Positions 46,796 to 55,668 of a stretch of 64,000 nt of DNA are shown here, piece after piece. The notes below the pieces were generated by a model. That model was given only the letters and a program-made list of their open reading frames with translations, had not been told where the DNA came from and did no database searches. The DNA is from an uncultured Acidobacteriota bacterium. GTDB taxonomy: Bacteria > Acidobacteriota > Vicinamibacteria > Vicinamibacterales > CAVVIG01. How positions within the stretch are numbered: the stretch's first letter is position 1; each line of letters opens with the position of its first letter. The translations under genes and the position numbers were made by a program. Where the stretch lies: positions 557,767 to 621,766 of the forward strand of contig CAVRVW010000003.1 of assembly GCA_963724695.1 (NCBI GenBank), read 5' to 3'.

Positions 46796-47521
46796 TCAGG
46801 GCAGCGTGCTCGAGGGACCCGGGCGGTCGACGCGCACGGCCCGGACGATGTAGCGCTGCGGCGCCGATCCGACGAAGTAGAACGGGTAGCACGTGACCAG
46901 GGTGAGCGAGCGTACGGGCGTCAGGTCGAGCACCGACACGTCGTCCGGATCGACGACCCAGGCGCGTTCGATGCGGTACGTCTCCTTTCCCTGCAACGTT
47001 TCGACTTCGATCCCGTCGCCGGGACGAACGTCCTTCAGGCCGCGGAAGAATCCGTCTCGATGCCCGGCGATTCCGGAGTTGCCGTCCGTCCCTGGCCGTG
47101 CCGTTCCGTCGATGTGACCAACCGCGCGATTGAGCGTGAAGTCGTCGGTGCCCGGCAGCACTGGCACTTCGAGACGGATCGTCGGGATGCGCAGGACCGC
47201 GAGGGGCGGAGGCGCGGGCTGGTGCAGCGCGCTTCGCCAGGCGCTGATGCGTCCGGGGGACCAGAGCGTCAGGTCGGGGGTGTCGGCCTGCTCGGCCGCT
47301 GCCGCGCGAAGGACACTGAAGCGTTCCAGTTCGTAGCGGGTACCCGTGACGCCGTCAAGGTACAGTGCAGCCCAGACGATCAGACAGAGCAGACCAACCG
47401 CCCAGGCCACTCGTTCCGCAAACAGCAAGGGCGACCGGCGATCGGGTTGGGAACGTTCCACGCGCGGCGCCGTTGGCGTGCGTTGGTGAGCTGACCTGGA
47501 GAAAAGAAATCGGCCCAACAC
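46796..47521 (-). CDS. Sortase family transpeptidase
   Basis: An N-terminal TM anchor (VAWAVGLLCLIVWAALYL) is followed by the catalytic His in SGIAGHRDGFF, the Cys in LTLVTCYPF and the Arg in QRYIVRAV. Confidence 0.85.
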   Translation of the reverse strand: MLGRFLFSRSAHQRTPTAPRVERSQPDRRSPLLFAERVAWAVGLLCLIVWAALYLDGVTGTRYELERFSVLRAAAAEQADTPDLTLWSPGRISAWRSALHQPAPPPLAVLRIPTIRLEVPVLPGTDDFTLNRAVGHIDGTARPGTDGNSGIAGHRDGFFRGLKDVRPGDGIEVETLQGKETYRIERAWVVDPDDVSVLDLTPVRSLTLVTCYPFYFVGSAPQRYIVRAVRVDRPGPSSTLP

Positions 47522-47941
47522 GCCGGGGATTCTAGCAGACGGACATCCCGCATGGCGCTAACTGTCCGCCAAGCTCGTCCGTATCACGTCCTCCAGCCTT
47601 TCCGTGTTTCACTGCGCGGAAGCCTGGGCGAACCAGCGCGGTGGGTCCGATTCCGGCCGTCCCGTTGCAGTCGTCACAGCACCTCGCTACGGTGCCATCG
47701 CTCAGAACGGGCATTTGTTTCCACAGGAGGAAACAGGGGAACAGATCCGGCCGCTTCAACGGCAGGGTTACTTCGATGTCAATTTCGCTCGGGCGCGCCA
47801 GGTAGGGTCGAAGCATCAGCGGCGCCGCCAACGCAACCTCGGAGGAACGACCCGGCCGAGTGAAAGAGGTGCTCGATAGACAGCGTGATACTATGCAGAG
47901 TTGGTTCGTCGCTCGGGACGTGCCGTCAGCGCCCTCCGCCG

Positions 47942-48017
47942 GTCCCCATCGTCCAGAGGCCCAGGACGTGGCCCTTTCAAGGCCAAAACACGGGTTCGAA
48001 TCCCGTTGGGGACGCCA
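47942..48017 (+). tRNA. tRNA-Glu (anticodon TTC)
   Basis: 76 nt. The acceptor stem is GTCCCCA/TGGGGAC and the D arm is GTCC-AGAGGCCCA-GGAC. The anticodon arm is TGGCC-CTTTCAA-GGCCA. The T arm is ACGGG-TTCGAAT-CCCGT, with an encoded G-CCA end. It is very close to E. coli tRNA-Glu. Confidence 0.95.
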
Positions 48018-48117
48018 TACCTCGGGAATCAAACGTCCGCCGAAACAGTCCGTTCAGCATGCCTTCGCCACGCGCACGCCAGCGATGGCGTCCGAGCGGT
48101 TCAAGACTGCGTCTTTA

Positions 48118-48125
48118 TGTATACA
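48118..48125. promoter_or_regulatory. Perfect 8-bp palindrome TGTATACA upstream of the PadR gene (possible operator)
   Basis: It ends 14 nt upstream of the proposed PadR start, in an AT-rich patch. The operator role is inferred only from position. Confidence 0.2.
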
Positions 48126-48139
48126 CTGTAGACACTACG

Positions 48140-48466
48140 GTGGACATTCCGGGCCCGTTTGAACAAGCCGTTCTGGTCGCCCTCCTCCGACTGGGCAAGG
48201 ACGCTTACGGTCGGGCGATTCTGAACGAAGTCCAAGAGCGCCTCGAGCGCGACGTGTCAGCCGGTGCAGTGTACGCGACGCTCGAGCGCCTCGAAGCCAA
48301 GGGGCTAGCCTCCTCAACATTGGCGCCGGGAACGGCGATTCGAGGCGGGCGCGCACGGCGCTATTTTGCTCCTACCGCCGCCGGCATTCGGGCGTTGAAC
48401 CATGCCAAGTCGGCGAACGACACGATGTGGCGCGGTCTCGTCTGGCCGCTGAAGGTGCGAACATGA
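48140..48466 (+). CDS. PadR-family transcriptional regulator
   Basis: The sequence is FEQAVLVALLRLGKDAYGRAILNEVQERLERDVSAGAVYATLERLEAKGLASS. The start GTG 48140 is tentative. The stop overlaps the next ATG (ATGA at 48463). Confidence 0.8.
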   Translation: MDIPGPFEQAVLVALLRLGKDAYGRAILNEVQERLERDVSAGAVYATLERLEAKGLASSTLAPGTAIRGGRARRYFAPTAAGIRALNHAKSANDTMWRGLVWPLKVRT

Positions 48467-49053
48467 GCGACGCTCAAGCGAATCCGCCGCACTGGGCCTC
48501 CACACTCCTCACCGCGCTGTTGAGGCCGTCCGATTCCGAGTCAACTCCGGGCGACCTGCTCGAGGAGTATCGAGACGTCAGGCGCCCGTCCCTTGGGCAG
48601 CTTCGCGCTGACGCTTGGTACATCAAGCAGGTGCTCAGTGTGTTCTGGCGTCTGTTGTGGCCGTGGGTCGTCGTGATTGCCGTGCTGAGGGTTCTCGCGT
48701 TTCCCCTTCCAGGCGCATGGAATCCCAGTCTTGTGCCGGCGCCCGGAGTGTCACTTCTGGATGCCTTGATCCTCCTGGCAGCCGGGTATTACGGCTCACA
48801 ACGGAGCGGACGACTCAGCACCGGTATCGTCATTTCGAGCGCAACAAGCTTCGTCGGCTTCACGACATTTTTCATCTATGCGGCTGCTAGCGCTCCGAGC
48901 CTTCTTCTTGCGCCGTTCGAGAAGCCGTTCATCTTTGTGATCATGTCCATTCTGCTGGCAATGGCACTCGGCTTTAGTCTTGTCCTCGGGACAGTGGGTG
49001 CCGCCGTAGGCTGCTGGCTGCCACCCACTCGACTGAGGGCTCGCCTGTCCTGA
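48463..49053 (+). CDS. PadR-associated membrane protein
   Basis: The N-terminus PGDLLEEYRDVRRPSLGQLRADAWYIKQVL is typical of PadR-linked permease-prefix proteins. Four hydrophobic helices follow. Confidence 0.6.
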   Translation: MSDAQANPPHWASTLLTALLRPSDSESTPGDLLEEYRDVRRPSLGQLRADAWYIKQVLSVFWRLLWPWVVVIAVLRVLAFPLPGAWNPSLVPAPGVSLLDALILLAAGYYGSQRSGRLSTGIVISSATSFVGFTTFFIYAAASAPSLLLAPFEKPFIFVIMSILLAMALGFSLVLGTVGAAVGCWLPPTRLRARLS

Positions 49054-49350
49054 CGTCGACTGCGTTCGCTGGGTAGTGGTTCAGTTTGACCGGGCAGTCC
49101 CCGAGGTTCGCAGTCGCCCTGGTCGAGTTTCTACGGACCAGCTGGCCTGCGAGGCGGTTTCCCGCGCCGGTAGAATCGTCTTCCTCGACAAACCGGAGCC
49201 GTGACGCGGGCATATAATCGCCTTCGTGGCGCGGATGTGCGCCGAAAGTGTGAGGGCAGCGGTGATCGGCACGCCTGATCTGCAAGCCGCCTTACCAGTC
49301 GACGACCAATCCGCGGCACGCGAACAATCCGATGTGATTGGAGGACCGTC

Positions 49351-50985
49351 GTGAACCGACTCTCTGGAACCAATATGTGGATTCGCGATCTCGAGACCCC
49401 CGCAGGTCTCGATGTCAACGATGCGGCACCGGCCGTACGCGACGCGTCTTCCCGCGAAGACGTTCAGCTCGTGAGAACAGCGCTGTCGAACTTTCTGTTT
49501 CCTGATGACGAGGGAAGTTTCCACGACATCATTCGTGACATCGCTCTCGACGAACAGGAACAGGGGACGGGACTCGAGGAGCCCATGACGCCGGTTGAGC
49601 CCGCACCTGGCGAAGCAGGCCGCCGGCTTCTGACTGGCTCGAGCCATCACCTCTCGCAACCGCACTCAGCTGTCGTCGTCTACGATGCGGTCGCGGTCCC
49701 TGACAGGGATTCTCTGGCGTCGGAGGATCTACGCGCGCTGGTCCGCCCGATCCGGATTGCCATCGGGCAAGCGACCAGTGAGACGGACGCCCTTCAGTCC
49801 GACTTGCGCCAGCTTCGCGAGGCCAGCGCACGGCTCGCTGAGGAATACCATCGGATTGACACCGGGTGCCGCGAGACTGAAGAACGCAGCACGATGGTGG
49901 CCGCAGCCATCAACGACCTCGAGCGACGACTCGGCCCGCTTGAGAGGCTTCGCGACGCCAGCGCACAGCTCGCTGAGAATTACCATCGGATTGACACCGG
50001 GTGCCGCGAGACTGAAGAACGCAGCACGATGGTGGCCGCAGCCATCAACGACCTCGAGCGACGACTCGGCCCGCTCGAGAGGCTTCGCGACGCCAGCGCA
50101 CAGCTCGCTGAGGATTACCATCGGATTGACACCGGGTGCCGCGAGACTGAAGAACGCAGCACGATGGTGGCCGCAGCCATCAACGACCTCGAGCGACGAC
50201 TCGGCCCGCTGGTCGCCGCACTGAATCAGCGTCGCCGAAGAGGTGATGCGCCACGCGAACGCCTTCGGCGCTCAGAACGACAGAATCGATCACGTCACCG
50301 AGCGTGTGGCCGCATTGGAGACACGGATCGTGACGCTGACTGAAAAAGACGAGCGGCTCGGGCGAAGACGATCTGAAATTGAGACTTCGATGTCGAAAGC
50401 GCTTGCCGTGACACAGGCATCGGTCGCCCGAACATGGCGCCGCATTCAGATGACGACGCAGCCGATGCGACGTCGGGGAGCGGTTGTTGGCAGCCTCAGC
50501 GTAGTGGCGTTTAGTTGCCGTTATCGCGATGCTGCTCAGTGGACCAGCCTACATCGCCATTTCTGCGCGCATCGACCCGCAGCCGGCGCTGGCGGTCTCG
50601 GATTCTGTCCCGCCCATTGGAACATTGCCCTTCTCCCCAGTTCCGGCAATCCACGCGACCCGGATCGTCAGCACAACGCCGACCAAACAGCCTGTTCAGA
50701 ACGCACAATCTGCGGGGGTGCGGGTCCCCATCGTCAACGTGCGGTCGGCAATGGGCGAGGTCGCAATTCGTTGGAGCGCTCGTCGTGCGATCAGAGCCGG
50801 TCGGCGCAGCCGTCTTCATCAATCAGCGGCTTGTCGGAGAAACACCGCTTCAACTGACGGGACTGCGCGCAGGTTCACACGCCGTTCGTATCGAGCGGGA
50901 GGGATACGAGCGCTGGACAGTCGCCGTGCTCGTCCCGGCGGACAAACAGGCACTTGTGCAAGCCAAGCTTCAGCCACGTCGCTGA
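49351..50985 (+). pseudogene. Coiled-coil repeat protein with a TM helix and a C-terminal PEGA domain, 3 frameshifts
   Basis: GTG 49351 follows GGAGG. Three 45-aa repeats are followed by a heptad-like segment in another frame (VAEEVMRHANAFGAQNDRIDHVTERVAALETRIVTLTEKDERL). A TM helix follows (LVAVIAMLLSGPAYIAI), then PEGA (ALVVRSEPVGAAVFINQRLVGETPLQLTGLRAGSHAVRIEREGYERW). Frame changes fall near 50230, 50500 and 50760. Confidence 0.6.
49812..50210 (+). repeat. Near-identical 135-nt tandem repeat, about 2.95 copies, in frame
   Basis: Unit starts are at 49812, 49947 and 50082. The unit encodes LRDASAQLAE(E/N/D)YHRIDTGCRETEERSTMVAAAINDLERRLGPLER. Only a handful of substitutions separate the copies. 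Confidence 0.95.
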
Positions 50986-51033
50986 AGAGGTCGCGGGTGG
51001 TAGAGGCTGTGGCCAAAACGGCTCGCGCTGCGA

Positions 51034-52265
51034 TTACCGGCTTCCCGTTGCGGTCCCCGCGTTTCCCGGCTCGATGCGCAGCACGCCGCCCGGGTTGGCG
51101 TCGACCACCACGTAGATATTCCCGTCCGGCCCCTGACGCACGTCGCGGATCCGTTGACGCGCTTCGGTGAGGAGCGCCTCCCGGCCGAGCAGTCCGCCCT
51201 TCTCGTTGAAGGCAAGGCGGTGCAGGGACATCCCGACGAGCCCGCCGACGAAGATGTTGCCCTTCCACTGCGGAAACTTGTCCCCCGTGTAGAAGATCAT
51301 CCCGGAGATCCCGATCGAGGGGAGCCACGTCAGGACGGGCTCCTCGACGCCCTCTCTGTTGGGGTGCTGGCTGATGAGCACACCGTTCGGCCCATACTCG
51401 CGCCCGTATGACGCCACGGGCCAGCCGTAGTTCTTCCCGGCCTGCAGGATGTTCAGTTCGTCGCCGCCCTGCGGCCCGTGTTCGTTCGCCCACGCGGCGC
51501 CCGTGTCCGGATGAATCGCGAGCCCCTGCGCGTTCCTGTTGCCGTAGGTGAAGATCTCGGGCTTGTAGCCTTCCTTGCCCACGAAGGGATTGCCTGGCGC
51601 CGGCGCGCCGTCTTCGGTCAACCGCAGAACCTTTCCGCCGTGGATGGCGGTGTTCTGCGCGCGGTCGCGATCGCCGCGCTCTCCGATGGTCATGAACAGG
51701 GACGCCGTCGCGCCCGAACGCGAGCTTCGAACCAAAGTGTGGATTCCCCGTGTTGCAGTTGTCCGCCACGAACAGATCCTTCGTCTCGGTCAGCGCCTTG
51801 CCGTCGAACCGCCCGCGCATCAGCGCCGTCGTCGCCCCCGTGGCGCATGCCTTCGAGTACGTCAGATACAGCCAGCGGTTCTCGCTGAATCGCGGGTGCG
51901 GGCAACACCTCCAGCAACCCGCCCTGTCCGGTGGCCCAGACTTCGGGAGTGCCGGCGATCGGCTGAGGATCCAGCGTGCCGTTGCGGACGATACGAAGGC
52001 GGCCTGGCCGTTCGGTCACGAGCATCTCGCCGTCCGGCAGGAAGGTGAGGCCCCACGGAGTCACCAGGCCCTTGACCACCGGTACCACGCGGTACGCCGT
52101 GCCGCTCAGCTCGAGTTCCCGCGCGGCATCGGGAAACGGAAGCGGTGGAACCCGCTGGAAACTCCCTGGAGGCGGAGGTCCCCCTTGCGCAAGTGTCCCT
52201 GCGACCGCCAGTGTGACGATGGAAGCTGTAAGCATGTCGCGCATGCGGTTTGTCGAGGTGATCAT
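51034..52265 (-). pseudogene. Secreted PQQ-dependent sugar dehydrogenase, 2 frameshifts
   Basis: The signal peptide is [18 protein letters not shown]. Joined pieces: [30 protein letters not shown]|[18 protein letters not shown]...[11 protein letters not shown]|[58 protein letters not shown]. Frame changes fall near 51895 and 51700. Confidence 0.75.
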
Positions 52266-52367
52266 GTTGGATTCTCCTGCAGCACCGTCAATCTAGCACG
52301 CGCAGACCCTGGAAGGGTGAGCCCTGAAGAATCAGCGGTGCCAGTCGTGATTGAATGGTAGAGCCGC

Positions 52368-53012
52368 ATGAAGCAGGCGTTCACGAGGAGACCGCGCAGG
52401 AAGGACCAGGAGCAGGGCCACGACGCCGAAGGTGCTGCGCGCGCCAAGCCGGCCGGGGCCAGGAACTACATCACGCCGGGCGGCTTGCAACGGCTCAAAG
52501 ACGAGCATCGGTTCCTGCTCGTCAGGGAGCGGCCGGCGGTGACGAAGGTCGTCGCCTGGGCGGCCAGCAACGGCGATCGCAGCGAAAACGCCGACTATCA
52601 GTACGGCAAGCGGCGGCTGCGCGAGATCGATCGGCGGATTCGCTTTCTCACGAAGCGGATTGACGCGGCGGAAATCGTAGATCCGGAAGCCCCGCGAAGC
52701 GGCCGGGCGGCAACGCAGGTCTTTTTCGGAGCCACCGTGCGCTACGCCAACGCCGCCGGAACGGAGCGGGTGGTGAGCATCGTCGGTGCCGACGAGGTCG
52801 ATCTGGAGCGCAGCCACATCAGCTGGTTGTCGCCGTTAGCCCGCGCGTTGATGAAGTCCGGAGAAGGCGATCAGGTGGTCCTTCGAGCGCCGGGCCGTAC
52901 GGAGCCGCTCCAGATCCTCGAGGTGCGCTATCAACGCATTCCCGTGGAGCCCTTCGCGGAACCACCCGGAGCCGAGTCCGCGCCGACGGCTCGCCTTCCT
53001 ACCGGCGGCTAG
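52368..53012 (+). CDS. greB: Transcription elongation factor GreB-like
   Basis: The sequence includes NYITPGGLQRLKDEHRFLL..ERPAVTKVVAWAASNGDRSENADYQYGKRRLREIDRRIRFL and ISWLSPLARALM. It has N- and C-terminal extensions. Confidence 0.75.
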   Translation: MKQAFTRRPRRKDQEQGHDAEGAARAKPAGARNYITPGGLQRLKDEHRFLLVRERPAVTKVVAWAASNGDRSENADYQYGKRRLREIDRRIRFLTKRIDAAEIVDPEAPRSGRAATQVFFGATVRYANAAGTERVVSIVGADEVDLERSHISWLSPLARALMKSGEGDQVVLRAPGRTEPLQILEVRYQRIPVEPFAEPPGAESAPTARLPTGG

Positions 53013-53484
53013 GGTGCGCCGCGCTGAAACCGCAGAGATATCGCGATGGCCGCGTGCCAGGCCTTCAGCGACCACGCTGGTGGCCGGATCGAACCCTCGG
53101 TACGTGTTGAGATCCCTGTTGAGTGTGCCGTTACGAAGATCGGTGATGAACAGCGACGCGGTGTCGGTATCGTCGCGGCCGATGATGAAGTGAATCGGAC
53201 TCACCGCATACTCGATCGAACGCACGAGGTCGAACTCGTCGCTCGTGGGATCGAGCTTGGGGAGATTCGGCAGGATCTGGAGGAGGCCGAACGGCAGGCA
53301 CGATCGCCCGATACGGGCCGCTGCTCGTCCACCATGTCCACCGCGACGTTGCTCGTCGAGCCCACGCCGCCGAGTCCGACCATGCGCGCGTCGAAGCTCC
53401 AGTTCTGCGCAAACGCTGGAGCGGACGTCAGAACACCGTGAGGAAACATACAAAGAGCAGGCCCCTGCGAAAGCAGACTCTCAT
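53009..53484 (-). pseudogene. Small secreted hypothetical protein, about 3 frameshifts
   Basis: ATG 53484 follows AGGAAAA. Joined pieces: MRVCFRRGLLFVCFLT|VLTSAPAFAQNWSFDARMVGLGGVG...DEQRP|YRAIVLPFGLLQILPNLPKLDPTSDEFDLVRSIEYAVSPIHFIIGRDD...; a possible end is ...AISLRFQRGAP-stop, sharing CTAG with the greB stop. Confidence 0.35.
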
Positions 53485-53732
53485 ACGCTTTTCCTTTGCT
53501 CAGGTGCTGGAACGCGTCGTTCTGTAAATTGCTGAGCTTGGCTGCTGAGCTTAACACGGGTGTCCCGGCTTTTCCCGAAGGGTCTCGGGAGAACAGGCGG
53601 ACCGCCCGGCCAGGTTTGGAGCTCGTGGAGGAAAGGCGATCCGGCGGGCGGCGCGCGTCAGGACCTCACCCTGCGCAGGGAACCCCTGGCGTGCTGTACA
53701 CAAGTGATGGCGACAGGCCGATACTCGTATTC

Positions 53733-54050
53733 ATGAGGTCTGAACGCCGCAAACACATCCGCGTCCCGGGGCCGTTCGAGGCGCACCGGGCTGGAGCCCC
53801 GCATCTCCCCGTGCACCTCAACGACCTCAGCGAAGGGGGCTGCTTTGTCAACACGCGCGAGGCCGCGCCGAAGGCCGGCGAGCCCTACGCCCTTCAGGTC
53901 ACCTTCCCCGGCAAGGAGACGCTGACGCTGACCGGCGAGACGCTCTACGTCCGCGAAGGACTCGGCTTCGCCGTCCTCTTCACGGATCTGCCAGCCGACA
54001 CCTACGCTCGTCTCGAGCGCGCCATCGCTGCTCTCCGCCAGCGGAAGTAG
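53733..54050 (+). CDS. PilZ domain-containing protein
   Basis: The sequence is MRSERRKHIRVPGPFEA....LNDLSEGGCFVNT (RxxxR ... D/NxSxxG pattern). Confidence 0.7.
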   Translation: MRSERRKHIRVPGPFEAHRAGAPHLPVHLNDLSEGGCFVNTREAAPKAGEPYALQVTFPGKETLTLTGETLYVREGLGFAVLFTDLPADTYARLERAIAALRQRK

Positions 54051-54101
54051 CCCGACTCCGGGTCGGGGCAGGCCGCGACGCGCCCCAATGGACGCGCCGC
54101 G

Positions 54102-55226
54102 TCAGTGCACCGGGACATTGCTGTCGAGTGTCGTCCCGTCCCCCAGTTGTCCTGCCGAATTGTCGCCCCAGCACCAGCGTGCGCCGGCCGCGGTGATGGC
54201 GCAGGTGTGAAAGTGACCCGAGCCCAGCGCTGCGACGGCGCCGATGCCCTGAACCGCGACCAGCGTCGCGCTGTCCACGAACGAGCCGTTTCCGAGCTGC
54301 CCCTGGTTGTTGTCGCCCCAGCAGTACACGCGGGTGGCGCGCGCATTCCGGGCGATGCAGGCATGGTCGGTGCCGGCGCCCAGGCGATACACATGATGGG
54401 TGCCGTTGGCGTCCGCCTGACTGCCCCAGCACTTCACGACCCCATCCAACAGCTGAGCGCACGAACTGCGATTGCCCAGTGACAGACGGCTGACGCCGGC
54501 CGACAGATCTTCGTCGATCGGATCGACCAGCGAGGTCACGACCCCTCCCAGCGTGTGGTCGCCGAGCTGCGCGGTGTCGTTCAGCCCCCAGCACTGCACG
54601 GTGTCGTCCATGAGCCGGATGCACCCGTGGCCGAAGCCGCCGGCCACGTCCTCGACCGTATTGATCTTGAAACGCAGCCCCGGCGTCAGCAGGTTCAACT
54701 GGTCTCCGCCCGCCTGGCCGTATTCGTTGTGGCCCCAGCGGTACAGCGTGTGCGAGCTGAGCACGGCGCACGTGAAGTAGTGGCCCGCGGCGACCCGGAT
54801 CGCCGGCGAGGGCAACGGCACGAGCAACGGGACGGCGCTGTCGGTGGTGGTGCCGTCCCCCAGCTGGCCGTGATCGTTCCGGCCCCAGCAGTACACGCCG
54901 CCGCTGTAGGCGACGACGCAGGTGTGGGCGGCGCCGGCGGTGACGGATGCGGCCGGAGACGGGAGGCCCTTCACTTTGACGGGCTGATGGCGCTCGATGA
55001 AGGTGCCATCACCGAGCTGGCCGTCTGCATTCGCGCCCCAGCATGCGAGAGAGCTCGACGGAGTGATCGCCGGCCCCGGGAACGCCACGACAAGCTGACA
55101 GGTGTGCGCCGCGCCCCCCACGATGGCATAGCGCTTCTGGACCGGCGCTGCCGAGACCGAGGTCGACTGGGGAATTGCGCAGACGGTGAGCAGGACGAGA
55201 CCGCACGCAGCCACGCGACGTGTCAT
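54102..55226 (-). CDS. Secreted RCC1-repeat (beta-propeller) protein
   Basis: The signal peptide is MTRRVAACGLVLLTVCAIPQS. Seven repeats of the type CWGANADGQLGDG / CWGRNDHGQLGDGT / CWGDNNQGQLGNG follow. Confidence 0.85.
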   Translation of the reverse strand: MTRRVAACGLVLLTVCAIPQSTSVSAAPVQKRYAIVGGAAHTCQLVVAFPGPAITPSSSLACWGANADGQLGDGTFIERHQPVKVKGLPSPAASVTAGAAHTCVVAYSGGVYCWGRNDHGQLGDGTTTDSAVPLLVPLPSPAIRVAAGHYFTCAVLSSHTLYRWGHNEYGQAGGDQLNLLTPGLRFKINTVEDVAGGFGHGCIRLMDDTVQCWGLNDTAQLGDHTLGGVVTSLVDPIDEDLSAGVSRLSLGNRSSCAQLLDGVVKCWGSQADANGTHHVYRLGAGTDHACIARNARATRVYCWGDNNQGQLGNGSFVDSATLVAVQGIGAVAALGSGHFHTCAITAAGARWCWGDNSAGQLGDGTTLDSNVPVH

Positions 55227-55668
55227 GGGAGCTCTCCATTCCGGCGGCCTGCTGCCGGCCGAGGGCGGCCGCCTTGCCCGGCTAAGAGAGTAGTGATCGA
55301 TAGCGCTCGATCGTTTCGATCGCGCGGCGGCGCCGAAGCGGTGTCGGATCGAATGCACGTCTGCGCGTCTCGAGCGACTGTTGGCAGGACCTCACGGCTC
55401 ATTCGTCGTCGCATCCAACTCAGGCGTTCAGAGTTACACACCGATTACACGCCTGTGATCGAGCGTTCGCCTGAGACTGAGCACTTCAGGTCGCTTTAGT
55501 CGAGTTGCAAAACCCAACAATCGTCGCGACGCGAGCACACCTCGACGGGAATTCATTCCACATTTCTGCGAAATCGCCGACGGCAATGTCCTTGCCCACT
55601 TCCGCTGTGGTCAGGCGCCCACCGCTCTGCGGCGCCAGCCACCACCACACCACATCAGGGAGGCAGTC

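Noticed and set aside
47604-47879. A 91-aa ORF in the gap upstream of tRNA-Glu, plus the 166-aa minus-strand ORF 47532-48032.
   Set aside because: Third-position G+C is far lower than in the confident genes of this window. There are no recognisable motifs, and the minus-strand ORF reads through the tRNA. I treat the region as non-coding pending an Rfam scan.
49185-49218. A perfect TATAAT (49213-49218) with a TCGACA (49185-49190) upstream of the coiled-coil gene.
   Set aside because: The spacer is 22 nt, too long for a sigma70-type promoter. An alternative pairing, CTGCGA-N18-TAGAAT (49147-49176), is weak. Neither can be supported without transcript data.
49081-49665. A 194-aa minus-strand ORF overlapping the start of the coiled-coil gene.
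   Set aside because: There are no motifs and no RBS. The composition is typical of antisense translation, and it overlaps the better-supported plus-strand gene that has a GGAGG-GTG start.
49812-50210. A possible CRISPR array, considered for this repeat and for the heptamer/GTCCTT arrays at 15881-16050, 17651-17697 and 29848-29905.
   Set aside because: The repeats are directly adjacent with no unique spacers. Unit sizes (135, 7 or 9 nt) do not fit CRISPR, the 135-nt units are in-frame coding sequence, and no cas genes are present.
47942-50990. A bona fide tRNA-integrated genomic island or prophage remnant.
   Set aside because: I could find no integrase or recombinase, no direct repeat of the tRNA-Glu 3' end downstream, and no phage, conjugation or toxin-antitoxin genes. 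It is kept only as a low-interest compositional observation.
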